DNA of 64,000 bases, from assembly GCF_001194135.2 (NCBI RefSeq), contig NC_068992.1:28784398-28848397 (forward strand). Reading direction: 5' to 3'. This document shows positions 40,744 through 53,869 of the stretch, piece after piece (positions within the stretch are counted from its first letter, which is position 1; each line of letters begins with the position of its first letter). The notes under the pieces are model-generated. The model had not been told where the DNA came from and made no database searches. It saw only the letters and a program-made list of their open reading frames with translations. The DNA is from Octopus bimaculoides. Lineage: Eukaryota. Made by a program: the position numbers and the translations under genes.

Positions 40744-41153
40744 CTGAGCGATTTGACTGCGAAGTATATGACCACGATGGATGTAATAGCTATCAACACG
40801 TACAAAGTCCTCAGTAGCATGCCTTTGTTTTTTTGAAATCGGTCAACAATGTGATGAAAACTGGACGTATGGCTGTTGTTGACTGTGCCATTGTTGCATG
40901 AAGAGGAAGAATTGGCACTGTTAGATGAAGGTGAACAGCTGGAAGAGGCTGGTGGGCTCAACGTGGAAGATGATGTTTTTAATGTTGTTGTTGTTGGTGT
41001 TATTTTTTCTGTGACTTGCCTGCGGAAGATTTTCTTTGATTGTTCTAAACCGTTTACCGAAATGGAATTGTCGGTAATAAGTATTGCAGACAAAATCAAA
41101 AACACCGACCAAATCGAACAGAAGCAAATATTGTTTGGTAATAATGCATACAT
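40744..41153 (-). CDS. FAM174: First coding exon (136 codons + 2 nt) of a FAM174-like (DUF1180) type I membrane protein
   Basis: ATG at 41153 lies in a strong Kozak context (GCCACGATG). The exon encodes an N-terminal hydrophobic signal-like segment, a Ser/Thr-rich ectodomain and GMLLRTLYVLIAITSIVVIYFAVKSLR, which matches the FAM174 TM motif as I recall it (M..R.L.VL......V..YF.V...R). It ends at a canonical donor CTCAG|GTATGT (phase 2) right after the TM, so the rest of the 225-aa track ORF is intron read-through. Confidence 0.8.
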
Positions 41154-41686
41154 CGTGGCAATGTGCGTATGTATTTATATAGTCGTATGAATTTATATTG
41201 TTTAATTTGATAATTAAACAATTTCCGTTTTATTTGTGGTTTCTTGTAGTTTTCCTGTAGACATTAAACGATTAGGTGTTCCTCACACTGATGTGTTTGT
41301 TATCCAAAACAAAAACTCGATAACCAACAATGTTAATATTAATAATTTCTTGCATAAGCTCAAATAAATAAACGCATCACATCTATAGAAAGGGGAAAAA
41401 AAGAAAAAAAAAATGTTCAGATAGGAATTACTGAAAGTTAAAAGACTTCCTGATTCTTATAGAACAGAAAAAACCCAAAAAAAAATATTATAATATACAA
41501 TTACAATTATATATAAAAGAAATGAATAATCTCAAGAAAACACAATAATAATCATAATAATAAATGATACAAATCAAAGACACCACTAATAACCGATTAC
41601 AATGGTAAAATTATGAAATACTATATACTCGTATGTTTGTATGAAGTCTTTACTAATTAAGTACATATGAATGTGCGTAGTGTGTG

Positions 41687-41721
<35 letters not shown>

Positions 41722-42399
41722 ATAACACACCTGTGTATGTCGTGTTTGTATTACAAATATATATTCGTATAAAAATAATACATCTTACGTTTTCTTTGTT
41801 TCCTCGTGTAAATCTTAATTAGTATTAAAATTGCAAAAGCAAGATTATTGTAAGACCAATAATAATAGGTTAATATACTTATAATAGATACATATATATA
41901 TCTATAAAAAAAAACAACAAATAATCTATACCACCCACCGAGACCAAGATTAGAGCCGACGTAAATATAGGAAGCAAGGAAAGAGACAACTGGTGAAAAT
42001 CATGCCTCGACTGTGTTTTGTTTGTTACGATAATCACTTTCCTCCCTATCTACACACATTCTCTCTCTCAAACTCTATCTGTCTCTTTCTCTCTCTTTCA
42101 AAACACTCTTCTCTTACTCCATCTCTCTCATATTCTTTTATTATTCTCCTTCTCTCTTTTGCTCCTTATTATTTCCCTTTCGCTTTCTCACACTCTTTTG
42201 CTAGTTTCTTATTCTTTCCTTTCCACCTTTATTTCTCTCTCTCTCTTCACTATTCTGCTTTCTCTTTCACAACAACGTTCCCTCCCTTTTTAACATTATT
42301 CTTTTTCCCTCACACATCACTCTCTCACTTTCTTACTCTGTCTTACTAACGCGCTTTCTTCGTATTTTCTCTATATCTTTCTCTCTTTTTTTTTTCACT

Positions 42400-43050
42400 T
42401 ATATCTCGTCATAACGAGAAGACAACGTGATTAATATTAAAAAAAAAAATGAAACAGAAACATGTTCGTCTTATTCCGGCAATTGTCGTCAATATCCGGT
42501 GAAAGTAGCCTTTCACTTCCCGTTCCACGTTGCTAAATAAATTCCACGTGAGTTTTCGCGGAGAAAGGAAAGAAAGGAAGACAGAACTAAATGCTTTCAT
42601 TTTCTCTATCGTTTTCTTTCACCAGAAGACGTCGTAAAATCGTAACTTTTCACGACTTCGTGTTGTTCTTTTAGTTCTCAGGCATAACTTTCTATTGTTT
42701 ATTTTGGTTGTTCATAACAACTAATCGATTCTCAATCATATAGATACCTCCTCTCCATATTATTTTTCTTACGTGTCAATATACTCGCAGGCAAACACCT
42801 GCTAACTGATGATACTCGTTTACATTATCTATACACAAACACACACTCACAAAAACACTCAAACCTTCAGTCGGCCAAACACACCGCCCGCTTTTAAAAC
42901 CCACACCTGATCTCAGGGAACCTTTAGCCATGTTCGCTGATTAAAGTATGCGAACCAGACACCTGCTTCCCTTCATATTCACATCTATTTATATATTTCC
43001 TACATATGTTCATTCAGACAAGGCCTAATCTCACCGGCTACAGAAACCGA
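42400..43050 (-). promoter_or_regulatory. Probable promoter/5' region of the FAM174-like gene
   Basis: Non-repetitive, CpG-rich block 1.3-1.9 kb upstream of the ATG, with CCACGT/CACGTG and GACGTC motifs. A possible 5'UTR intron has a donor at 41788 (AAC|GTAAGA) and an acceptor at 41255 (CCTAATC..TCTACAG|). The TSS cannot be determined. Confidence 0.4.
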
Positions 43051-43077
43051 AAGTTCTGGTCTCTCTCTCTCTCTAAA

Positions 43078-43127
<50 letters not shown>

Positions 43128-43365
43128 CACATATTTATAATTATAAACTGCGGTTTAAACNNNNNNNNNNNNNNNNNNNNNNNNNNNNNNNNNNNNNNNN
43201 NNNNNNNNNNNNNNNNNNNNNNNNNNNNNNNNNNNNNNNNNNNNNNNNNNNNNNNNNNNNNNNNNNNNNNNNNNNNNNNNNNNNNNNNNNNNNNNNNNNN
43301 NNNNNNNNNNNNNNNNNNNNNNNNNNNNNNNNNNNNNNNNNNNNNNNNNNNNNNNNNNNNNNNNN

Positions 43366-43404
<39 letters not shown>

Positions 43405-45318
43405 ATAGATATAGATATATTTATATAGAACGTGTACACACACACGAAGAGAATATCAAGCTGACCAGTTTGGTAAATTTCAAATTAAAAATTATCGGAC
43501 TTCTTTCTTCCTGTCCCGGAACTTTTTTTTTTTTTCTTATGTGTGTTTGTTTCACTTTTGGTTTACTTGATATCGCCACCAGTCTGGGAGTGAGGTCTGC
43601 AAGGTCTATTGGGAACTGCTTGTCATCATCACCTGATTAATTTTATAAAACGAACACTCACTGTCACGTGCTCTCACACACCCTATAACATCCACGTTTT
43701 AATTTACGTTACAACTTTTAATTCCTCCTACCTCGACTTTGCTGTTTCATCCATAGCAGTTGAAATAAAATATCAATTAATTACTAGTATTGAAATATAT
43801 TTGAGCACTTTTTGCTACCGGCCTTGCCCTTAACTTAGCAGACACTAATTGGTAAGCCCTATTGACAGCATTCAACTAGACGGAAGAGGTGGCAAGATGT
43901 AACTTAAATGATAAATAAGTGTTCTAAAGGTAGAAGCTGCTGTGAGACACAGACCATTTCTTTCACTAGAATACAACCTTCCTAGGGAGTGGACAATATG
44001 GTGGGGAAATATTGGTCTCAAATTTTGGCACAAGGCCAGCAATTTCGGGGGAGGGGATAAGTCAATTACATTGCTACCAGTGCTCAAATGGTACTTATTT
44101 TATCAACCCCGGAAGGATGAGAGACAAAGCCTACCTCGACAGCATTTGAACTCAGAATGTAAAGACTAATGAAATGCTGCTAAGTATTTTGTCCAGCATG
44201 CTAACAATTCTGACTCCTCATCACATTATGGTGATGAAGTATTACAATGTATAGAGCGAGAGCTAGCTATTACAGTTATTTGACAGGCCTGGAAAGAATA
44301 GAACTGTTACAGCAGTGGTGACACAGTTAAGAAATTTGCTTCCCAACAACATGGTTTCAGGTTCAGTCCCACTGCATAGCACCTTAGGCAAGTGTCTTCT
44401 ACATGTCTAGGCCAACCAAATCCTTAGATTTAGTCTTTGGAAACTGAAAGATCATCATTATATATGCATTTTCTGCGTTAAATGGAGAAGTGGTGATGAG
44501 TGATAATTCTGTAAATGATAACAATAAAGATAAGCTTAAAACTTATAAGCAATCACCGTGTATTGACTGAAGAAAATAGTTTAATACTGGGGCATATAAA
44601 CCCTTGATGGAATACAAGGGGTGTTGGCTTGAGTCCTATGCATACCGGCATCCACTTTTTCCATTGAGGGCTTTATATGTATATCATCATCGTCATCATC
44701 GTTTAACATCCACTTTCCATGCTGGCATGGGTTGGACGGTTTGACTGAGGACTGGCAAGCCAAGAGGCTGCACCAGGCTCCAATCTGATCTGGTAAGGTT
44801 TCTACAGTTGGATGCCCTTTCTAATGTCAACTACGCTGAGAGTGTAGTGGGTGCTTTTTACGTGTCACCAGCATGAGGGTCAGTCAAGGGACACTGGCAT
44901 CAATCATGCTCAAATGGTGCTTTTTACGTGCCACAGGTATGGCAGCCAATCAGGCAGCACTGGCATTGATCATGCTTGTAATGTGCTTTTTACATGCCAC
45001 CAGCACGAGAGCCAGTCCAGTGGCACTGGCATTGACCATGCTTGAAAGGTGCTTTTCAAGTGCCATCAGCACAGGTGCCAGTCAAATGGTACTGGCATCA
45101 ACAGCAACAGCGATTTTAATGACGCAATAGGTCTTCTCAAGCACAGCACATTGCCCAATGTTTAAAGGGAACTCTTAAATGGGCTGGTTATACAACACTG
45201 GCCTAGGCCGTAACTACAATCTCTCTTAGCTTGCTGAGTCTTCTCTAGCACAGCTTATCTCCAAAGGTCTCAGTTGCTTGTCATTGCCTCAGTGAAGCCC
45301 AACATACGAAGGCCATGC

Positions 45319-45349
<31 letters not shown>

Positions 45350-46949
45350 ATAAAGCACCCACTACACTCTCAGAGTGGTTGGTGTTAGGAATGGCATCCA
45401 GCTGTAGAAATCTTGCCAGATCAGATTGGAGCTTGGCACAACCTACTGACTTGCCAGTCCCCAGTCAAGCCATCCAACCCATGTCAGCATGGAAAACGGA
45501 TGTTAAACGATGTTGATGATGAAATAAGAAAATAAATAGGTGCAGGTATGGCTGTATGGCTAAAATGTTTGCTCCCCAAACACAATGGCTTCAGGTTCAA
45601 TCCCACTGTATTACAACTTGGACAAGTGTGTTCTGTTATGGCCCTGGGCCAACCAAAGTCATGTGAGTAGATCTGACAGACAGAAACTGAAAGACATTCC
45701 TCATATATGTATATGTATGCATATATGTGTGTTTGTATCTCCTTGTCTTGACATCATGTGATAGCTTGTAAATGATTATCACTGTCATATATGCAGTGTC
45801 CATTTCTAATTTTCTGAGAGAAAATGTCTGGCCATGGGAAAATATTACATTGTTTGGAAGCAGGTGAAGGTTAGTGGCAGAAAGGGCATCTAGCAATAGA
45901 AAATCTGCTTCTATAAATTCCATCTCATTCATACATGCATAGAAAAGTAAGCATTAAAATGATGATGATGTTGACAACAATGATGATTTGCTGGTGATGA
46001 ATGACATTAGTCAAGTGAGAAACTGAGGATAAGAGGTTTATGAGGTTTTCTAATGTTTTTGTGATGTGAAGATGAGTTGTGTGAAGTGTTCTCAAATGGA
46101 AAGACAGCATGTTAGCAAGATTGAAGATGTCATTAGGAGGAATGTAACCTTAATAACATAGACATATTTGTTATTGATGTTAAGGAAAAGAAAGACATAG
46201 AAATATTAAACTGAGAGGTTTATGAATTAAGAGCATCAATGGAATGGCAAAGAACTATCCTAAATGGAATAAATATGGCGGCCTACTGTTGAAGTTAGCT
46301 TTAGCATGGTTTTTAACCCTTCAGCATTCAGATTTCTTTGTCAAATATAATGCTTATTTATTCAGTGTTCAGTCCCCCACTGCTTGGTACCTTGGGCAAG
46401 TGTCTTCTGAGCCTTATGAGTGGATTTGGTAGATGGAAACTGAAAGAAGCCTGTTGTATGCATATATATATATATATATATATATATANNNNNNNNNNNN
46501 NNNNNNNNNNNNNNNNNNNNNNNNNNNNNNNNNNNNNNNNNNNNNNNNNNNNNNNNNNNNNNNNNNNNNNNNNNNNNNNNNNNNNNNNNNNNNNNNNNNN
46601 NNNNNNNNTATAAATATAGAGTATATACAAGGAATTTTTGTCCACTGACATTATATAACAGGTATCTAGCTATTTCACACTGATCCTTCTGTCGTTTTTA
46701 ACAAACTGGAAAGTACTAGTATCCTCAATTGGGGATATTTCTTCATTTTTATATTTTTCTGACTCCTCCCACTCTGATGATGGTATATCTAGCTTATGGA
46801 ATCCTTACCCAATATCATGTTCCACATGCTTGGCTATTCTAGAACCAGCTAGCTATAAGAGAGCCTATCTGTATATATTCGCAATCTAAATTAAATGTTT
46901 GCAATGATGTCAAATGTTTTGCTTTTTCATTTTTTAATTTAAACTATCT

Positions 46950-47235
46950 CTCTCTCTATATATGCATCTGCTCACCATATGCATGTGTACAGATGTGTGT
47001 TAGCAGGTGTACATGTGCCTGTGTGCATGTATGTACACATGCACACACAAGTGTGCACGCATGTGTGTGTGTACATATGTACATGGAGATAAAGGTGTGC
47101 GTGTGTATGCATATGTGTGTGTGCGCACATGTGGATGTGTGAATGTACAACTAAGCACACGCACATACTCATATAAGTACAGATGCATACACGCAGATAT
47201 ATAGGCATATACATATACATATACACATATATATC
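46950..47235. repeat. Degenerate purine/pyrimidine-alternating (TG/CA/TA) tract
   Basis: Read directly; it explains several track ORFs. Confidence 0.85.
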
Positions 47236-47536
47236 CCCACATCTACTGCCCCTTCCTACTTCCCCCTACCACACGACTGATTTTTTGTCCACCACGCGGT
47301 TGATTTCCTGTTCACCATGCGATATTTTCCAACTAATTGTTGTTGCTGAAATACCAACATCAAACCGATATACCTCATGACCTTTCTTGACCAATCACAG
47401 GCTAACATCCAGTAGTAAACATTGACTCTTTTCAATTGAACTCTTATTCAGACCCCAATGGCCAAAGACTAGCCACACATTCAGAGTACCAAGGAGTCTG
47501 AATCAAACTGTTTTGATCTATCTATCTATCTATCTA

Positions 47537-47577
<41 letters not shown>

Positions 47578-48310
47578 NNNNNNNNNNNNNNNNNNNNNNN
47601 NNNNNNNNNNNNNNNNNNNNNNNNNNNNNNNNNNNNNNNNNNNNNNNNNNNNNNNNNNNNNNNNNNNNNNNNNNNNNNNNNNNNNNNNNNNNNNNNNNNN
47701 NNNNNNNNNNNNNNNNNNNNNNNNNNNNNNNNNNNNNNNNNNNNNNNNNNNNNNNNNNNNNNNNNNNNNNNNNNNNNNNNNNNNNNNNNNNNNNNNNNNN
47801 NNNNNNNNNNNNNNNNNNNNNNNNNNNNNNNNNNNNNNNNNNNNNNNNNNNNNNNNNNNNNNNNNNNNNNNNNNNNNNNNNNNNNNNNNNNNNNNNNNNN
47901 NNNNNNNNNNNNNNNNNNNNNNNNNNNNNNNNNNNNNNNNNNNNNNNNNNNNNNNNNNNNNNNNNNNNNNNNNNNNNNNNNNNNNNNNNNNNNNNNNNNN
48001 NNNNNNNNNNNNNNNNNNNNNNNNNNNNNNNNNNNNNNNNNNNNNNNNNNNNNNNNNNNNNNNNNNNNNNNNNNNNNNNNNNNNNNNNNNNNNNNNNNNN
48101 NNNNNNNNNNNNNNNNNNNNNNNNNNNNNNNNNNNNNNNNNNNNNNNNNNNNNNNNNNNNNNNNNNNNNNNNNNNNNNNNNNNNNNNNNNNNNNNNNNNN
48201 NNNNNNNNNNNNNNNNNNNNNNNNNNNNNNNNNNNNNNNNNNNNNNNNNNNNNNNNNNNNNNNNNNNNNNNNNNNNNNNNNNNNNNNNNNNNNNNNNNNN
48301 NNNNNNNNNN

Positions 48311-49453
48311 AATCCTCAAGTATAATCCTCATTTTTTTCCCAAAATTTAAAGGTCAAAATCCCTATTGTGTACTATATATGAGGTTAAAAATAAAAAATA
48401 TTTTCTAAGCAATGTTCGAGTCTCTATTTGCTGTCCGGCAAAGTTTATTCAGACGCATTTTGTGATGTCGGGCACGAAAATATCTTAAGCTAAGCCTGAA
48501 AGCAATGAAGTCATAAAAGAATCATCCATAACTTGCAGTAAGCAAAATGGCTGAATGTATGATGAGTTATTTAGAGATTGGATTGACACTGCATGGGGAA
48601 ATCGTCCTGGTGGAGCAATTAAACAGCTTGCTTGTACTAGATGCTTTTCGATGCCACAGAAGTGAAGATAAACTCAAGCATTTAAATAAAAACGTCACAA
48701 AACAGATGTTGCTATCATTCCAGGGGTTATGACCTCCATATTGCAGCCATTAGATGTCTAACAAACTGATTGAAAACAAATTGCGTGATTTATGGACTGA
48801 ATGGATGTCGACTGGAGAAAAGTCGTTCACTAAAGGTGGTAGGGTTCTCGCTCCCGCCCTGACTTTGATATGCAAATGGGACGAACTTGATCCCCAGATT
48901 ATTGTGAGAATTTTTATCAAATATTGTATATCGTCCACACTGGATGGTACTCAGGATGACGTTGTATGGAAAGATGAAACAAATGAAAGTGAATCTTCTG
49001 ATGTTGACTATGAATCTGACGATGACGGAGATTTACACTACAATGATGCTGACATGTTTACAGAGGAACAAATGGAACAGTTATTTGATGCTGAAAGTGA
49101 CGTTGAATTTGAAGGATTTGAATAAATGTTTTTGCTTTTGCTTTTGTAACTGATAGTGATAAATATGTAAAGGCAATTTATTTAATATTTATTTTTCACT
49201 GATGTTATTACTGTTATTTCTTTATTTTCTGCAAAGTGCACAAAAAAGCTACACGTTTGCATTATATATACAATAATAATAAAGGACGTTACCGTATATA
49301 TGTTTACAAACCAAGGACTTTATATAGACCTCCTTGATTCAAGTTAGAGAAGAGTGCGTATTATACACAAGGTTTAGGCTTTGCAGAGGTACAGCCTCCT
49401 AAAAATCCCCTGCATATTATACTCAAGGGCGGGCTATACTCAAGGATTTACGG
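48311..49453 (+). mobile_element. pogo-family (POGK-like DDE_1) DNA transposon remnant
   Basis: TIR AATCCTCAAGTATA at the left (abutting a gap) mirrors TATACTCAAGGATTTACGG+TA at the right. Translates to SLLVLDAFRCH, TSILQPLDV and LRDLWTEWM..GEKSFTKGGR. Confidence 0.85.
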
Positions 49454-49479
49454 TATATAATATATATATATATATATTT

Positions 49480-49616
49480 ATTTACTTATTTATGTGTGTA
49501 TGTAAGCATGTATATATATGTGTGTGAGTTTGTATGTATATATATGTGTGTGTGTGTGTATGCATGCATGTTTGTGTGTGTGTTTGCATGTATATATATA
49601 TATGTGTGTGTGTGTG

Positions 49617-49697
<81 letters not shown>

Positions 49698-50003
49698 GTA
49701 TATATATATGTATATATACTAGTAGAAAGACTGCCTTCCAGATGGTTTTCTGCAAGCCACTTCATAATATTTTCACATATGATTCTCAATTTTTGGGATA
49801 TTTTCTGCTGTCATGCCTTTGCTGCTAAATGTTCTTTTTCAGTCACATATTTTGGTATTCTTTTGGTTGAACCTGCAGAAATGCCAGAATGAATATCTGG
49901 TTTTGTTTGTTAATTTCTGTAAAAAATTTTTATATTTTTACTTTTGTTTTAAAATGAAAGAGAAGAGAAAGTGAAAGATGACTGTACATATATATGGAAT
50001 GGC

Positions 50004-50074
<71 letters not shown>

Positions 50075-50180
50075 ACGAGAGAGAGTGAAGGGGTATGTTG
50101 TCATGTATGCATACATAAATAATTAAATATACATACATCTTGTTTTGTACGTATGTGTGTGAGAGAGTTCCACTTAGCCA

Positions 50181-50211
<31 letters not shown>

Positions 50212-50440
50212 TACATACAAAAAAGATGTATGCATATGTATTTATGTATGTACGTATACATGACAACACACCCCTTTACTCACTCTCTCTCTCTCTCACA
50301 CATACATAAATGTATACAAACATACATACGTGTGTGACTGACTACAAATACATAGAGACAGTATGTGTGTGTTTGAGAGAGAGAGTGAGAGAGAGAGAAA
50401 GAGAGAGGGGGAGAGATAAAAAGATAGAGAGAGAGAAAAC
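49480..50440. repeat. Compound microsatellite field (TG)n/(TA)n/(AG)n/(CT)n
   Basis: Read directly, including a (TA)n of ~70 bp at 49620-49690. Confidence 0.95.
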
Positions 50441-50704
50441 ATTGCAAACAATGAATGAAATAAATATGAAATGAAAAATCGTATAAATAAAAGCTCATTA
50501 AAAACTATCTTATACTGAATATTTAAATTTGTGAACTTGAAATATTCAATAATAAAAGGAAGTTCAGAAAGTAAATTTTCTTGAAAACTTCATTTTATAA
50601 AAAATCTCACTTGTTTAATAAATATTTCTTTCAGTAATTTATCATAGTTGTTTGCAAATAGTGAATTAAAACTTGAAATGAAAACATTAAACTAGAGAGT
50701 GAGA

Positions 50705-50910
50705 GACTTCGCGAATGAAAAGGGAAAATTTCGTCATTGCTACGTCCATACCGGAAGTTGACATTGAGAAACCTTTTTAAAGAAGTGAATCATATATAAA
50801 GCAAGATTACTTATTTTTAATTAAAAAAATAAACTGAAGAACTTATGATGTAACCGAGGTCAATTATTCATGCATTCCAAGTATGGAACCAATTTGCGCA
50901 GCCATTTTTG
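50705..50910. promoter_or_regulatory. Candidate second promoter (ETS, YY1, CCAAT, CRE half-site)
   Basis: CCGGAAGT at 50751-50758, GCGCAGCCATTTTT at 50896-50909, CCAAT at 50889 and CGTCA at 50732, in a local CpG cluster. Confidence 0.35.
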
Positions 50911-51341
50911 GATGAAAAGTGAATACACACATACACAGGTCTATTTTATATATAAGATATAATATATATATATATATACTTATAGTAAGATTTTCAGGAT
51001 CCAAAATAATCAAACATTTAAATAGAAAAGCACCAAGGTAGAGTTGGGGATAGCACACCTGTGTCCTCTACTTCCTTCTCTTTTTCTGGTCCCTATAATG
51101 AGTTCATTAATTTAAACTTAGAAATAGCTTCCACTTTTCACTCTCTGAATAATGACCAGGTTGATTGGGTTATCTTACACCTTGTTCTATTTTGTGAGAA
51201 GTTCTTATTGTTAAATATTCTCTGTACCTCACTGAAGAAAATGATTCTTTCGCATGATGTAACACTTTTGTTCATCAATAAAGAACAAGTCTAAAACAGT
51301 TTTAGTGAACCACAACCCATCTGTGTTATTGTTTATATATA

Positions 51342-52772
51342 CAGTATCTCACTGAAGTATGTACACCCCTAAAAAATTACAGTAAAATTGCCATTACTCT
51401 GATAATGTCAAAGGAAATCAAGCAAAATTTATACTGAATAAAATATATTATACATTAAAGCATTGTACAAATTTGGGACACAAAACAATAAATATTTTCA
51501 AAGAAACGAATGAAATATTAATTTTCAAATGTTACAAAAATATGTACCTAAAGGAAATTTGCTACATTCAATATTTTATCCACTTTTTTTTACTAAATTC
51601 AGATATTGCTGATAATTTCAATTCTAATAAATTATTTCTCCTGGCATTTTTGCACTGGTCATTGTTATTGCATCTGCAGGAATTCTGATTTGTGTACCGT
51701 GGTGAAAATATTTTTCATTGTGATTAAAATGGCACCAAAAGGAAAGGAATTTTCTGAAGATTTGAAGAAAATTATTTTTAATTTGCCCAAGAATGGTTTA
51801 GGATACAAGTTAATTAGGAAACGAATACATGTTAGTGTAACACAGTTGCCAAAGTAATTCAGAAATATAAAGCTACTGGACAGCTCAGCAATAAGCATTG
51901 CCCAGGTTGTCCTATTTTAACTGCGTGTGATATTTGCCACAACTAACGTTGCATGATGGACAACAGGCATCGTGTCACTTCATCTTTGGCCCAAGAAGTG
52001 CATCCACCCAAACAGTTTGCTGAAGTTTCAGCCAGTGTGGTCTCTGATGGGATTAAAATCAACTTATTTGGGTCAGATGATATTAAACAAGTATGGTGAC
52101 AACCAGGTGAAGATAATAGCAACAAATGCACCATGCCTACCGTGAAACACCATGGTGGTGGAAGTGTTGCACTTTGGAGATATATGAGTGCAGCTGGTGT
52201 GAGAGGACTCACATTTATTGAGAGAACAATGGATTCAAGGCTTTATTGTGAGATATTGCAGAAAACAATGCTGCAAAGCATCAAGGAACTAAGAAGACAT
52301 TCCACGTTCCAACATGATAATAACCCTAAACACACTTCAAAGATGACAACTAAGTTTTTATAAGATAAAAAGGTAAAAGTATTGCCTTGGCCTATCATGT
52401 CACCTGATTTAAACCCAATAAAACATCTGTGGGACGTTTTGTAAAGGAAGGCTGAGGAGAAAAAACCCTGCAATGTAACACAGTTGAAAGACATCATTCA
52501 GGATGAATGGAGGTCAATTTCAATGGTTATATATAAAAAAGTTAAGTTGACTCTTTGCCCAGAAGACTTAATGCAGTCATTGAAAGCAAGGGCGATCTGA
52601 CCAAATATTGAATGTAGCAAATAATCCCTTAGGGTGTATATATTTTTGTATCGTTTGAAAATTAATATTTCATTCATATCTTTGAAAATGTTTATTGTTT
52701 TGTATTCCAAATTTGTATAATGTTTGAATGTATAATATATTTTATTCAGTATAAATTTCGTTTGATTTCTTT
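51342..52772 (+). mobile_element. Tc1 (DD34E) transposon with long IR/DR-type TIRs, internally deleted
   Basis: TA followed by CAGTATCTCACTGAAGTATGTACACCCC. The ~220-bp left TIR is mirrored at 52625-52772; the end is lost in a gap. Disrupted transposase inside. Confidence 0.9.
51729..52611 (+). pseudogene. Disrupted Tc1 transposase
   Basis: Translates to MAPKGKEFSEDLKK, KINLFGSD, PTVKHHGGGSV..W, FQHDNNPKHTSK, SPDLNPIKHLW and GDLTKY*. It has frameshifts, stops, an internal deletion and the catalytic E changed to K. Confidence 0.9.
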
Positions 52773-52839
52773 NNNNNNNNNNNNNNNNNNNNNNNTGTCA
52801 TATTTGCATATATATATATTTCTATATATATGTATATAA

Positions 52840-52878
<39 letters not shown>

Positions 52879-53549
52879 GATAGATAGATAGATAGATAGA
52901 TATAGTATTTATGTAGAATAGGTACAGTGTCTCCTTTGCATGTCACAGGGGGATGGGGTGGAGTTAAAAGTATTAACTAGGGGAGGTGCATTCTGCTGTT
53001 AAATATGGCCTCCAAAAGGGAACCCTAGTGAAAATTGGCAAGGGTCCTGTAAGGTTAACCCTTGCTTTAGCAGGAAAATTGCTATAGAATATTGTATATT
53101 TTGTTTATGCTAGCATCAAGTTATTTCATAGAAATCTAATTTATATGCATATGTATGTGTTCTGATAGAAAAAAAAATATCAAACACAGAATCACTATAT
53201 TTAAAAGGCAAAAAATTGAAATGCCTTATGGATTAATTAAAAAATTTGAATTCTCTGTGGATTAATGACAGTTCCATTACTTGACAAGTATGAAGTGATT
53301 TTGAAACTAAATATAACTTGAAAAATTAGCCAAAAGAAAAAAAGAAGTCTTTTAAAAATCACTTCCATTTAGAATAAAGGTTTTATCTAGAAAGTTGAAA
53401 TATTTTATTTATGAAAATTTCAGTGAAATTATCGCCGCTACAAAAATAACAACCTTGTTATCAAGTTCAATGATTAATTCACTCAATTTTATGCAACAAG
53501 TTTAAATGGATTTTAGTTTTATTTTCTTCACTACTTCTCACATTCTGTA

Positions 53550-53593
<44 letters not shown>

Positions 53594-53869
53594 ATTTCAT
53601 TCTCACAAAGATGTAATAAAGGGTTCAGAAATGATAATGACTCCTGGTATCATAGTTATTATAAATCATTGTATTTATAAGCGTCATATTTATTAGAATC
53701 ATTCACCATCTACAAACTTTTACTTTCAAAACACAGCTATCTGTCAGTCTGTCTCTCTATCTCTTTCTCTCTCTATGTATATATATATATATATTATACA
53801 CATACACACATATAGTATCTTTATGGTCATGGCTACTCTACAGGGCTTATATGGTTTTCAGAAACCATT

